From: Eledone cirrhosa
Lineage: Eukaryota
Direction: 5' to 3'
NCBI GenBank assembly: GCA_964016885.1
Contig: OZ024748.1
Location: 50,654,001-50,718,000 of the forward strand
Length of the DNA: 64,000 bases
The translations under genes and the position numbers were made by a program. The stretch's first letter is position 1; each line of letters opens with the position of its first letter. Shown one piece after another: positions 45,690 through 58,875 of this stretch. The notes beneath the pieces are model-generated. The model searched no databases. It saw nothing but the letters and a program-made list of their open reading frames with translations, and had not been told where the DNA came from.

Positions 45690-47425
45690 GGGCGGTGGAT
45701 TGGCAGTATCGGTAGAGAGTTGGACGCCATGCTTTGACGCATAGAGTTATGGCCCTTGCCATTCTGAGTTCAAACGCCGCCGAGGTTAACTTTGCCTTTC
45801 ATCCTGACGGGGTCGATAAAATAAAGTACCAGTAATGCACTGGGTATTTCCTGGCCTTGTGCAAGGAGTAGAAACAATTATCATTATTGTTAGGGCGGGA
45901 TTGGCAGTATTGGTAGGGAGCTGGACACCATGCTTTGCAGCATAGAGTTACGGCATTTTACAGCCTGAGTTCAAATCCCGCCGAGGTTAACTTTGCCTTT
46001 CATCCTGACAGGATCAATAAAATAAAGTACCAATAACGTACTGGGGTCGATTTAATCGACTCCCACCCCCCAATTAGTGGCCTTGTGCCTCGGCGATTTG
46101 GTATTTTCGGTAGAGGGTTGGACGTCATGCTTTCTACCATAGTTAGTCCTATTATGGTCTGAGTTCAAATCCCGTCGAGGTTAACTTTGCTTTTCATCCT
46201 TACGGGGTCGATAAAATAAAGTACCAGTAATGTACTGGTTATTTGCTGGCCTTGTGCCAAAAGTAGAAACAATTATTGTTAGGGCGGGGCATTGGCAGCA
46301 TGGGTGGAGTCGGACACTAGCTTTGCAGCATAGAGTTACGGTACTTTACGATCTGACTTCAAATCCCGCCGAGGTTAACTTTCCCTTTCATCCTGACGGG
46401 ATCGATAAAATAAAGTACCAGTAACGTAATGGAGGGGGGGGGGGAGGGGGGGCGATTTAATCGACTTTCCCCTCCGCCAAAATTGCTGACCTTGTGCCTA
46501 TATAAGAAACCCTTATTTAAAAAAAAAGTAGAAACAATTATTATTATTTTTATTCTGACGATCATTATTACTGTTAAAGGGCGGTGGATTGGCAGTATCG
46601 GTAGAGGGTCGGACGCCATACTTTGCACCAAAGAGTTACGGCCTTTTATGATCTGAGTTCAAATCCCGCCGAGGTTAACTTTGCCTTTCATCCTTACGGG
46701 GTCGATAAAAGAAAGTACCAGTAATACACTGGGATAATTGCTGGCCTTGTTCCAAAAGTAGACACAATTATTACTATTAAAGTGGTAGATTGGCAATATC
46801 GGCAGGGCTTGCACATAGAGTTGAGGCCGAATATGTTTTGAGTTCAAAAACCCGTCGAGGTTAGCTTTACGGATTTGGTCTTTTATCGTTACGGATTTGA
46901 TAAAATAAAGTATCAGTAATGCACTGAGGTCTATTTAATTGATTTCCCCCTCCTACAAAATTGTTGGCGATGTACCTAAATCTGAAACCATTCTTATTAG
47001 GACAGTAGATTGACAATGGGCTGGTTTGGGCACGCTTTGAGACTTCCCCCAGAGAGACTGGCGAACCAAGTACTTAAATGGAACCCACAGGGAGGCAGAC
47101 GGAGAGGGCGACCCAAAATGAACTGGCGCCAGACAGTTGAGAGGGACCTGCGAGCGACAAACAGACAATGGCTGGACGCTGTGCAACTGGCTGCTGACCG
47201 AACGCGGTGGAGCACTTTGATTGCCTCATGCGTCGCAAGACGCGGGAGCTTCTGAGTCTGAGATTGAAAATATCGGTAGAGCGTCGGACAAGATGCTTTG
47301 TGATATTTAGATACGACTTTCTAAGTTCTGAGTTCAAATTGAGCCTAGGTTAGCCTTGCTTTCATACTTATAGATCTTCTCCTGCCCTTCATATTGCTGG
47401 TCTTGTGCCAAAAGGAGAAATAATA
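45690..47425 (+). mobile_element. Head-to-tail stack of about 7 SINE copies
   Basis: Copies start near 45690, 45892, 46091, 46282, 46578, 46780 and 47000. All are on the + strand, and both short and long 3' variants occur. Confidence 0.9.
47018..47262 (+). mobile_element. RTE-clade LINE 3' fragment inserted in a SINE head
   Basis: GWFGHALR...LKWNPQGGRRRGRPKMNWRQTVERDL...AADRTRW, with tail TCTGAGTCTGAG. Flanked by GATTGACAAT and GATTGAAAAT. Confidence 0.85.
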
Positions 47426-47526
47426 ATTATTATTACCTTATCATCATCACCATCACCATCATTGTCCTCACCATCCTCATCTTCATCATCGTCATCATCA
47501 TCTTCATCATCAGCAGCATCAGCATC

Positions 47527-47566
<40 letters not shown>

Positions 47567-47970
47567 CCATCGTCATCATCATCATAATTACCACCGTCAT
47601 CATCATCGTTAACACCACCATCATCATCATCATTCATCATTATCAACGTTCACAGAAATACAAACTAATAAAACATTATATTTAGGGAGTTGAAAAATTG
47701 TAGAAAGTTAGATAACATTAGGAGGAGCTCTATAAAGGTTTCGGAAGAACATTGGCAATATTTGGTTACATTTGGAGCATGAAAATTAAATTGAGTAACC
47801 CATCTAGAGACAGCTGAGAAAAGTGCAACAGGTTCAGAACAATGCTCTGTATAACTTTGACCTCTCCCCTCATTTTCCCTAGGACCTCATAATGCATGAT
47901 CTTGCAATTTAAAATTCCATTTTAGAGTTGATGCATATAAAAAGAGGTGCACGTATTGGTGATGTTTTAA

Positions 47971-48046
47971 AAACATGAAGTTTTATAAACATGAAGTTTT
48001 ATAAACATGAAGTTTTATAAACATGAAGTTTTATAAACATGAAGTT
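47971..48046. repeat. 16-bp minisatellite, about 5 copies (AAACATGAAGTTTTAT)
   Basis: Units start at 47971, 47987, 48003, 48019 and 48035. Confidence 0.9.
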
Positions 48047-48530
48047 ATTTGTAAGCTGTTGAATTTTTTTTTATCAATTGCATATAATTGATAGGTTCTG
48101 AATAATCGGATCTAATTTCATTGACCATCGAAGGCAAATTTAACCGAAAATATATCTTTCAAGTGGTTTCCAAGTTGAATTTCGAAGTTAGTTCCATATG
48201 AAGTTGAATATGATGCTGTTGGTGATAATTACCTTTCATTTACCATGAACGTGTGTGTCAGAAGAATTTACTTGACTTAAATCTGCTCTACAAACAAGCA
48301 AGTCAATCCGATCGATTTTTTAAGTCTCTCAGGTTACTCACATTATATATGCTAAGGTAAGATTCTTTTATCTTGGCGATTTAATTATCTATCTATATAT
48401 ATATAAATATAAATTAGCGAGAATCGTATTTCGACTATTGGAAATTAGCGAAAAACAACTTCCGAGATGTGTGGCAAGCGCTCCATAGCTCATTAGAGAT
48501 TTAAAGACGCTGGTCTGAGACCTTTACTTC

Positions 48531-48565
48531 CCTCCGAAGAAGAGATATTATCTCGAAAATTAAGG
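48531..48565 (+). ncRNA. Minimal hammerhead-like motif with U4C change
   Basis: CCT-CCGAAGA-A-GAGAT ATT ATCTC-GAA-AATT-A-AGG gives stem I CCT/AGG, a 5-bp stem II and a palindromic AATT stem III. Confidence 0.4.
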
Positions 48566-48727
48566 ACATTTAAATAAATTCAAGGTGAAAGACGAATTCA
48601 CATCAATATCTTTCACTATTGCATTCTTTTTTCTATGTCCATATCTGCATTGTCTTGGCCTTATTACACATATTCTAACGTTTATACCTCATTACACAAT
48701 GCTTCAAGTGAACTATAACCTCCTCCC

Positions 48728-48831
<104 letters not shown>

Positions 48832-48839
48832 AGAGAGAG

Positions 48840-48919
<80 letters not shown>

Positions 48920-49054
48920 TATACTTGGCACAAAAACGAAGTATGTATATATATATATATATATATATAGTAAAAAATTGAACGGGAACAAAACAGAGAG
49001 GCAGTACGAACAAAGGTTTATTAGTTTCACACTCTTGAGAGTGTGGTGGTGGTG

Positions 49055-49092
49055 GGGAACGATGTTTCGGGCTAAGCCCTTCTTCAGGTCAA
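49055..49092 (-). ncRNA. Minimal Penelope-type hammerhead motif (degenerate)
   Basis: Minus strand reads GAC-CTGAAGA-A-GGGC TTA GCCC-GAAA-CATC-GTT. Core and stem II are clear; stems I and III are minimal or imperfect. Lies between (TA)n tracts. Confidence 0.55.
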
Positions 49093-49236
49093 AGGTGTGT
49101 GGGAAGAGAGTTCCAAGGGTGTGTAGGGGAGTGGTGGAGAGACATATAGAAAAAAGGGGGTGAGAGGAAACGGTACAAAGGAAATTTATATATATATATA
49201 TAAACGGTGCAAATGAAATTTATATATATATAAATG

Positions 49237-49278
<42 letters not shown>

Positions 49279-49521
49279 CATATAAATGTATATATATATT
49301 ACATAAGTATGCGCCCGTGTGTGTGTGTATGAATCAGTATGCATTTACATATATTTTACCTCTTGTGTCCTTGTTTACATAGGCGCACTGAAATTGTCTA
49401 TATATTACCACATAAATACACATCATATATATATAGGGTAGAAAATGTTTATACCTATACACGCCAATAAGGAAGTAAATGACTAAATATATTCAAACAC
49501 ACAGACAGTTAATATGATAAT

Positions 49522-49552
<31 letters not shown>

Positions 49553-49607
49553 CACATATATATATATATATACGTGTGTGTGTATATGTATATATATACA
49601 CACAGAT

Positions 49608-49649
<42 letters not shown>

Positions 49650-49677
49650 ATCTGTGTGTATATATATACATACAGAT

Positions 49678-49779
<102 letters not shown>

Positions 49780-50521
49780 CGTTCATATTAAATGGTCTAA
49801 TACTTTTACAAACCTAATTTGTGCCAAGTGGTACATCGCTACATCTATTTTGAATTCTATTATAATTGCCTTAACTCAATAACTCTCTCCTCCTCTCCAT
49901 TTATATATCTCTTCTCACTCTCTCTAACCCAACCCACACCTCTCATGTATTCAATCAATCTCTCTCTCTCTCTTCCCCTGTTCTTTTTCATTTTTAACAA
50001 TACAACTAAGAATATCATTTTGTTATTTAAACGTATCAATATTCCGGCGGCTATTTTCCTATAATTTTCTGTCCAAATGAACGATTCCAAGAGTTGCTTC
50101 GCATATTTTTACCGTCCTTTCCTAATTCTTCTATTTCCTTCCTTATTATTTGCCATCTATTATTTTATTCTCTTCCATTTTCTTAAATGTTGATATGTTA
50201 GATTTGAATTCTTTTGTTAATCTGATTCCAGCCATTGTAAACTTTCGATTGCGACTATCGTGTTTTAAATGCAAAACATAAGCGAGCTAAATCTCTGAGA
50301 GGTATGCCTAAAATTGTATGTGTGTTTGTGTATGTATGTATGTATGTATGTATGTATGTATGTATGTATGTATGTATGTATGTATGTATGTATGTATGTA
50401 TGTATGTATGTATGTATTATGTATGTATGTTTGTATCTATATGATGCAGATAGATTAAGATTATATTCAATACCGTGTTGAGTGCGTATATGTATATATG
50501 TATATATCTATATATATATAT

Positions 50522-50591
<70 letters not shown>

Positions 50592-50607
50592 GTATATATA
50601 TATATGC

Positions 50608-50655
<48 letters not shown>

Positions 50656-50732
50656 GTATATATATGTATATATATATATGCATATATATATATATATATA
50701 TATGTATATGTATATATATGTATATATATATA

Positions 50733-50820
<88 letters not shown>

Positions 50821-50887
50821 TTGACAATCACTTGATTACATACAAAAACATATATCTATCTCTCTGTCGCTCGCTCTTTCTCTGCCT

Positions 50888-50948
<61 letters not shown>

Positions 50949-50970
50949 CACACACACACACACACACACA

Positions 50971-51005
<35 letters not shown>

Positions 51006-51042
51006 ATGTGTGTGTGTGTGTGTGTGTCTCTATGAGTATGTG

Positions 51043-51091
<49 letters not shown>

Positions 51092-51300
51092 ATAGGTATA
51101 TATATATATATATATATACAATATAAATGTATATATATATATATATATACATTTATATCTATGTATGTATATATATATACACATGTATGTGTGAGTGTGC
51201 GTATGTATGTGTCAGTGTAATGCATTCTTTATTATACATTTCTTATTTCAAGTATGCTATTAATATTTTTACATGATACTGCTACTGCACCCACTTACCC

Positions 51301-51388
<88 letters not shown>

Positions 51389-53333
51389 TCATGTGTATAT
51401 ATACGTAGCTATGTATGAGTGTATATTAAATTCCAACAACATCGTAGTAAAAAGAGTTTAAAATATGAAATATAAAATATAAAATGAAAAGAAGACAATC
51501 ACCTCAGATCAATTTCTTATAATGCAAATTTCAGCCAGTAAACTTTTCAATGATTTTACCTATTAAAATCAAAATATCCACAGAATAAAATGCCAAGAAT
51601 TTATTTTTCCAAGCAAACATCCTCATCTTTAAATATATTTATATATTGGTTGTAGTTTTTTTCAACATTTCTTTTTATTATATAAAGAAAATGTCTTATC
51701 CCAAGACTCATTGAAATTGTTTATTTTTTAATAACTGTTCCTAATTTTTCAAGCAGTTCATTATTATCATTGTTATTGTTATTATTATTATCATCATATA
51801 CGCCGCTGTTGTTGATATTAATGTTGTTGTTGTTAATATCAGTTTTATCTTCATCATCATCATCATCAACATCATCAACAACATTATAATCATCATCATC
51901 AACATCATCAACAACATTATAATCATCATCATCAGCATCATCATCGCTACGGTCGTTTTTTCTCTTCCTTATTGTCCTTCTGACTCATGTAGGTTCATGT
52001 GGGAAAACTACTTTATTTTCATCCTATTATATGTTGTTATTTTCTTCTTATTTTCATTTCAATATTTTTTTTTTTCGTATTTCTAAAAAAAAAATTCTTG
52101 AAAAATTTCTTTTAATTTTCTCTAGGTTGAGTTCTTATATTGAAAGAAGATAAATCGAAAGAAAAAAAATCAAGATTTTTAATAATTTTGCAACATATTT
52201 CTACTTACATACTTCTCTTTTGACTTTTTGCTACTTTCGTTTTCGTTGTTTATTGTCGATAATGATATTCTAATGTTGTTGTTGATGATGATATTTTTTA
52301 TTCTTGTTTGTGATGATGATCATATTTGTTGTTGTTGTTGTTGTTGATGACGTGATGTTCTTCCTTTCTTCATATTCTAGTCTCTCTATTCTATTTATGC
52401 TGTATTCATTTATTCTTTTGCAACGTCATTCTCTATCTTTCTAACTTGTGAGTATTTTCCTTTCCTTTTAGACTTCCCTCTTTATTTAAATATTTTGTAT
52501 ATTGATTTTCGTTCTTCTTTTCCTTTGTAAACTTATCGCTGTGTGTAAGTTGAGAATAGGTTCAATTGAAATATTCATCGTCCTCGTCATTGTCATTATT
52601 GTTGTTGCTGGATCATGGAGATTGTAATCGATGTAAAATACATGTAAATCAGGAATTATTTCGAAAATAGAAAAAAAAACAGATTAATAAAATGTTAAGA
52701 TATAGACATGTGATTGAAGCAAAAGTAAGTTTTATAGTACACTGTAACCCCAGAAATATGGGAAAATTGGATGAAAAATAATCAACACTTTAGTGATCTA
52801 GGTTCATCGTCTGATTACGTGTGTTGCTTGAACTTATGACTTCCCTTATGTCATTAATGGTTTATGAAAGTCATGAAATATAACCAATCCTCAACTCGAG
52901 TAAACACAAGGGACTTCCTTAAATGCTTCAACCATTCAATTTCATTTACATCAGTCATGTTGTTGGAAGGAAATTAATGCATGAAAGTATATTTACTTAT
53001 GCATCTAAACTGAAGTTAGATACTTGTTTTGAGTGAAACGAAATCTATTATATGAATGCCTATTGCATGTATTGTAAATATGAGTAAGTGGCAATGATTT
53101 GCATCACGGTTTGTCCTATTTCAACCCGTATATGGTGCTAAAGTCAGTTTGGGCATAATAATTCATAAATGAGTACTCGAATCAGATAGGTGTGTTAAGT
53201 ATGAATACCTTTTAGCAAGAACAGGTCATAAACTGACTAAGATATGTATACAAAGGACGGAAGAATTCATAAGAGTCCACGGCCATTCAATAATGTGTAT
53301 ATATGTAGAAACAAGTATGCATGTGTATGTATG

Positions 53334-53397
<64 letters not shown>

Positions 53398-53401
53398 CAT
53401 A

Positions 53402-54075
53402 TACGTAGTCGAGGAATTTAGAAGCAGTTTGGGTATGATACATTTTATTACTAATTATATCTAAATGTTTCTTCTCTCTTCATAATGTATTTTTAACTCT
53501 GATACTGGTTCAGTCTAGTTCAATTGGATAGGTCTGTCCCAGTCATTCATTGAGCAACATCGGTGAAGTTGGCACCCTTACTCACGGTTGGGTGCGGATG
53601 CATTCATGTATATATGTGTGTGTCCGCATGTATCTGTGTGTTTCTAAATATATTGTTAATAACTCCCTCTGGTCGAGCAATCTTTGAAGTGTGAGGACAG
53701 CTGGAAAGCTTCCATTACTCATACTTCTCGCCTCCTACACCACCTCTTCTACGGCCTCGATATGAATACCCCCTCCGCCTCCGTGGTATTTTCTTTGGGG
53801 TTATAAGAGGCTTAGCTCTGTTTCTCGACCGTTATATCGCGTGACTATCTCCCCCTCCGCCTTTTGGGATTCTTTCTCACGTCGTGTAGACGCGTTCTTG
53901 AGACTAGTAAAATGAGGTATCCTCTTGATAAGTCGGCAGACCTCGCAAGTACTCTATATCTTTATGATATATTGTTTTTGTTTATGCCACGAAACTACGT
54001 AGTCGAGGAATTTAGAAGCAGTTTGGGTATGATACATTTTATTACTAATTATATCTAAATGTTTCTTCTCTCTTC

Positions 54076-54080
<5 letters not shown>
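53402..54080 (+). mobile_element. Retrozyme/pLTR-like non-coding retroelement, 594-nt unit with 85-nt terminal direct repeats
   Basis: 53402-53486 is identical by eye to 53996-54080. The 5' repeat starts inside HHR stem III (TACGTAGTC|GAGGAA). Flanked on both sides by (TA)n/(TACA)n. No credible ORF. Confidence 0.75.
53920..54009 (+). ncRNA. Type I hammerhead ribozyme, U3-A8 covariant core, palindromic stem III
   Basis: Stem I TCCTC (53920-24)/GAGGA (54005-09). Core TTGATAA (53925-31), where C3-G8 is replaced by U3-A8. Stem II GT(C)GGCA/TGCCAC. GAAA 53991-94. Stem III ACTACGTAGT is a perfect palindrome. GTC triplet ends at 54004. Confidence 0.8.
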
Positions 54081-54148
<68 letters not shown>

Positions 54149-54149
54149 G

Positions 54150-54215
<66 letters not shown>

Positions 54216-54259
54216 CATGTATGTATTTATATATATATACATGTATGCATGTGTATGTA

Positions 54260-54535
54260 TACGCGTGGGGATACAGAAGTAATCGGGCTGGATAGCCGAT
54301 TACGCGGTTAAACCACTGGGGGTGAAGGAACCCTAGCATTCTTCTAGGACAAGGCAACTCAGGAAACTAGGATAACTCCAACATAAAACCTGCGGCTCAG
54401 TAGTTAACGATGATGTTGATCTTTTCTTCTTTTCGAGTTATAGCTACTGTCGCTCAGAGAGTGGGATTGGCTCAGTGCACAGTCTTCGTCACTTCAACAA
54501 AAAATCTTCACGCACAGGCATGGCACAATAGCATT
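54260..54535 (+). mobile_element. Possible RTE LINE 5' UTR-derived fragment
   Basis: GC-richer insert in a (TATG)n tract. Motifs such as GGCAACTCAGGAAACTAGGATAACTCC and AAAAATCTTCACGCACAGGC recall RTE 5' UTRs. Recognition is from memory only. Confidence 0.3.
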
Positions 54536-54924
54536 AATTGATAAATATTAATAATACTATATCGTGCAATGGCCATACTCGATAACGAGGGGGCAGCCAT
54601 CATGTATGTATGTATGCGTGCATGCAGTTAGTTAGGTAGGTAGGTAGGTAGGTAGGTAAGTAGGTAGTTATCGCTGTATCTGTGTATCTTCATGGGCGGG
54701 GATGTGGAATATATTTTTGCTAGCCATCTTCTGCCTTTCATTTTTCTAAAGAAAAGGTATTTGTGTTTTAATGAGAGGGTATTCTTTCCTTTCAATTGTT
54801 CAGACATTCATCTTTTCAATTTTAATTTCTTGCAAATTCGTATTGCCTTAGCTGAGCAGGTGTTGCATATGAAGTATACCTTAGTCATCCAAGGGTTCAA
54901 TTATAAATGAATTATATTTATTAG

Positions 54925-54995
54925 TAGCAGAGATGAAAGTTTAAGCAAAACATTTCTGCTTACACCCTATTACGGGATCTTCTGAAACTGAGTAA
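54925..54995 (-). mobile_element. Family E, old degenerate copy retaining stem I
   Basis: Minus strand reads AGTTT-CAGAAGA-TCCCGTAATAGGGT-GTAA-GCAGAAATGTTTTGC-TT-AAACT. All three stems are present but the core is mutated. Confidence 0.5.
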
Positions 54996-55398
54996 TACCA
55001 ATCTGTAGACGTACAGATAAATATTTCAAAAAACCTTACAACCAAAAGAAAACAGGAAGACATAACGGTGGTTCGTGAAGACATTCTCTGATGATGAACG
55101 AAAAGTATGCAAGGATAATTAGATTTAAGCAGCATCAGGACATGCACTCTCATTAATTTCGTATCCCTTTAAGAAGGAACATGACTTCACTTTCGGTCTA
55201 TATCTGGAGTCTAAAAAATATTCACATCTGATATAGGTTACATTGGGGAGATCTTAGTTAAAGCTAGATTAAGGTTTCCTCTTAAAGAATTGTTTTCGTT
55301 TTTTGTTCCGTTCATTGTCTTGTCCCTTCTTTGTTAATCTTCGTAAGTTTACACACACAGATGCACACACACGCGCGCGCGCGCGCACACACACACAG

Positions 55399-55429
<31 letters not shown>

Positions 55430-56510
55430 CGTATATAAATATTTGTGTGTGTGTGAGTTTGTGTGTGTGTACTTCTGTCCTTCACATCGAATAACTATCA
55501 ATTAGTTGATTTTTTTGCTGGTAGGAGGGGCCCCTAGTTATGAAATGTTTTCGATAAAAATATAAATAAAAAACGTTAATGGTAAATATTATGATCAATG
55601 CAATTAATTGATTCATGTGACAAAGAACATTTCTTTGGCAGATTTAACATTCATTCATGTTGTAAAAAATAATTTGGAATGAATGAATTTACTAAAAATA
55701 ACAATGATTTGAGACACTCAATAGTTAATAGATTTAACGGTATGAAGTCTGTTATATATTTAATATACAAACAATCGGTCTATTTCTATACGCTAACCTA
55801 TTATGTTCATTTACATTGTGATTTATCCGTCACTCTTACAGCAAGTACTGTGAAATATGACTCATTGATGATGCCATTATATATCCGAAAAAATCTGTAG
55901 TGTTAGTGGAATCTCTCAGGAGAACTGGACAACAGTAGGCCATCAGAGTAGAAAACCCACTCAAGCAAGTGTTTCGGCGTTTAACCTCTTACAGAAATAG
56001 TTAATTTTTAACTATTTCTGTAAGTATTATTTACTGAATGAGGTCTGTATAATAATTCATAGATAACATCTTATTTTTTAATAGTTAATCAGCACCATAC
56101 TAACATAGATACGAATTTAAACGTTTAGAGGATGCCTATGAGAATAATCCGTGTTTTAATATTAAACCGAGTGAGAAAACTTGAGTGGTACACCATGTTA
56201 TGGGCCTGGATTGAAAAAAAGGAATATTTGATCTCAAGGTAATTGTGCTGAAACCATAAAGGGCCTTAAACAAAAGCTCTAGGGATTTTCTATGACATTG
56301 AAATGTCTCTACAAATTCACCAAATTGTATTCACCAAAGTAATTCCTTGGCGTTTATTATGTGAAGGCAGGAAAGAAAAGAGATGAATTTGGTCTGAGTA
56401 GGACTTGAATTCATAACACAAATGGTTGGAACTAATTTGGTCCCTCTCATGTTTCAACTCTGCAAATCTTCTCACATCGAATTGACGTCACCAGTCTTAG
56501 CCTCTTCTAT

Positions 56511-56785
56511 CATTATTACTAGAGTTACCGCCGAGGTTGACTTTGCCTTTCATCCTTACGGGGTCGATAAAATAAAGTACCAGTAATGCACTGGGTAATT
56601 GCTGGCCTTGTGCCTAAAGTAGAAACAATTATTACTAGAGTTACCTCCCTTTATGATCTGAGTTCAAATCCCGCCGAGGTTACCTTTGCCTTTCATCCTT
56701 ACGGGGTCGATAAAATAAAGTACCAGTAATGCACTGAGGTAATTGCTGGCCTTGTGCCAAAAGTAGACACAATTATTACTAGAGG
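56511..56785 (+). mobile_element. Two 5'-truncated SINEs in tandem
   Basis: ATTATTACTAGAG occurs before, between and after the two copies. Confidence 0.9.
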
Positions 56786-57665
56786 AGGAGATCTGATGAA
56801 CTTTCTCTTTTAGTTTCAGATAAAGTTGTGTCATCTCACTTAAATCGAACTCACAACTTCTTCATTCGGATGTTGTTGTGCTTTCACGAATAAGGAAGTC
56901 TTTCTGCGGCTGTAGCATTTGCCCCGCTCAAACTGCTACAATTTAGAGTTATCTCCCATCTCATTGTTTTCCTCCTTCTTATGATTTGAACACTTTTAAG
57001 TTAAAATTTACTGCAATGCTCTCCTTACATGAACAAGCTAACTGTAATGGAAGAATTTGTAAAGAATAAAATAAATCCCTTTGCAGTATTTAGTTATGAA
57101 TATTCGTTTGTTAATTTGAATTTTCCCGAGATTGACTTAGCGTTGTCCAATATTTCATGGTAGATAACATAAAATGCCATCCAAATACTGGAGTCGGTTT
57201 AGGTTACTATAAATATCATCTAAATTGACGTTTAATAACAATATTAGTAACCAATAATTAACGCCATATTTTTGAAGGTAGAGCGAGACAAAGTATAGAG
57301 ATGGAGATAGAAATACAGAGATGTAGATAGATAGAGAGATTGAGAAATAGAAAGATATAGAGATAAAGATACAGCATATATTTTGTTCATGTATGTCTAA
57401 ACGCTTTATGCTTTTTTAAATGTATAACAATGAATACAAAACAACTTCTGTGTAGTTTTTAAAAGTGAATGGCAATTAGAATAGGTGTTCGTTAGAGGGA
57501 AATGTAAAAGAAAAATGGAACAGAACCAGAATGGCTACGGAAAAATACATTGACAACTATGTTAAATTGTTCTAATGAAAATGAATGAAAGCACGTGATT
57601 CTCAAACAAGTTTCAAAACATAAACTGAGCGAGTGAGAGAAACTGAACGAGAGACACTGAAAAAA

Positions 57666-57726
<61 letters not shown>

Positions 57727-58020
57727 GTACGGCTTAATTCGGGATGTTTGTTTACAAACAAACCGAGCATTATAATAAATGTTCGGTAAATCCATACGTA
57801 CATATATATATGTGTGCATGTATGTATATATATACATACTACTGTACGTCTGTATACATATATGTATGTACGTATACATACTTATATTTAAGTTACAGCC
57901 GTACTAAGAGTGAGAAATGAAATTTCGTTTCAATTTTTAAATTTATATATATATATATATATATATATGTATTTATATATATATATAGAGAGAGAGAGAA
58001 AGGGAGAGATAGATATATAG

Positions 58021-58114
58021 AAAAAGAGTCGGAACCTTGACGGCTGAGCTGCGGCCGTTTCGACAGCTAGATCCAAGCTGCATTGATTACTCTGGTACGT
58101 TATGTTCTATGTTA
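58021..58114 (-). mobile_element. Family D, internally deleted copy 4
   Basis: GACGGCTGAGCTGCGGCCGTTTCGACAGCTAGATCC matches copy 1 and is joined to a tail fragment (TACTCTGGTACGTTATG). Confidence 0.6.
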
Positions 58115-58650
58115 TATATATATATATATATAATGAAGATATCGGTATATAAAAAATATATCGATTTGCTGCCCAATAACTCCTCAATGTATAGGGGCTA
58201 AACTTTTCGAAATAGAGGATACTCACATGATATCGTTATTAGTACAACAATTTACATATCATAAACAAAAAAGCATATAGAACATATAATCAGTTAGAAC
58301 ATTGAAATATTACTTATTTTATATTAGCAATATTCAGTTCAACTACATGGCGAGACAGTCACTGTTTCTCGCTCTCAAGAAACGTGATAATTACAATTAT
58401 TAAAAGAATAACTAGCTCACCAAAGTAAGGACTTTCGTTAGTAGGCCATGTTAATCAATCGATTATTATAACTAATTAATTAATTATTAAACATACAAGA
58501 CATCAAAACACATCAGTCAAGACATCAACAGTCAATAGGTCTTAGGTCTCACACAGTCCCCCCAAAATATATTGCATGTGTGGTGACTTGGCGCGGATTG
58601 CTACAGTCTTAGAGAGTAGATGGCAGGAGAATGCTAAATATAGCTCCATC

Positions 58651-58679
<29 letters not shown>

Positions 58680-58682
<3 letters not shown>

Positions 58683-58875
58683 ACGAAGGAGTTGTGGTAA
58701 GGAACCAGATGGACCATAACGGACCAGACTACTCAGTACTTAGGGTAGTAGAGTGGGTAATAGGCGAAAGTATGACCCCGACGGCAGAGCTCAAGCCGTT
58801 TCGACGGCTATTTTAGTCCAGAAATAGCCGTCGAAACGGCTTGAGCTCTGCCGTCGGGGTCATACTTTCTCCTAT
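58680..58875 (-). mobile_element. Palindromic HHR-derived family D, copy 3
   Basis: Near-perfect inverted repeat 58760-58875 centred on GACGGCTATTTT-AGTCC-AGAAATAGCCGTC. Tail 58680-58760 is the reverse-complement homolog of 41148-41227. Inserted in (TA)n. Confidence 0.8.

Noticed and set aside
45690-45785. tRNA gene suggested by A/B-box motifs
   Set aside because: No complete cloverleaf, and the motif is always fused to the SINE body.
45690-47425. CRISPR-like appearance of regularly recurring conserved motifs (also 12771-13462)
   Set aside because: The units are ~190-bp SINEs with Pol III boxes. There are no unique spacers and no cas genes, and the context is eukaryotic.
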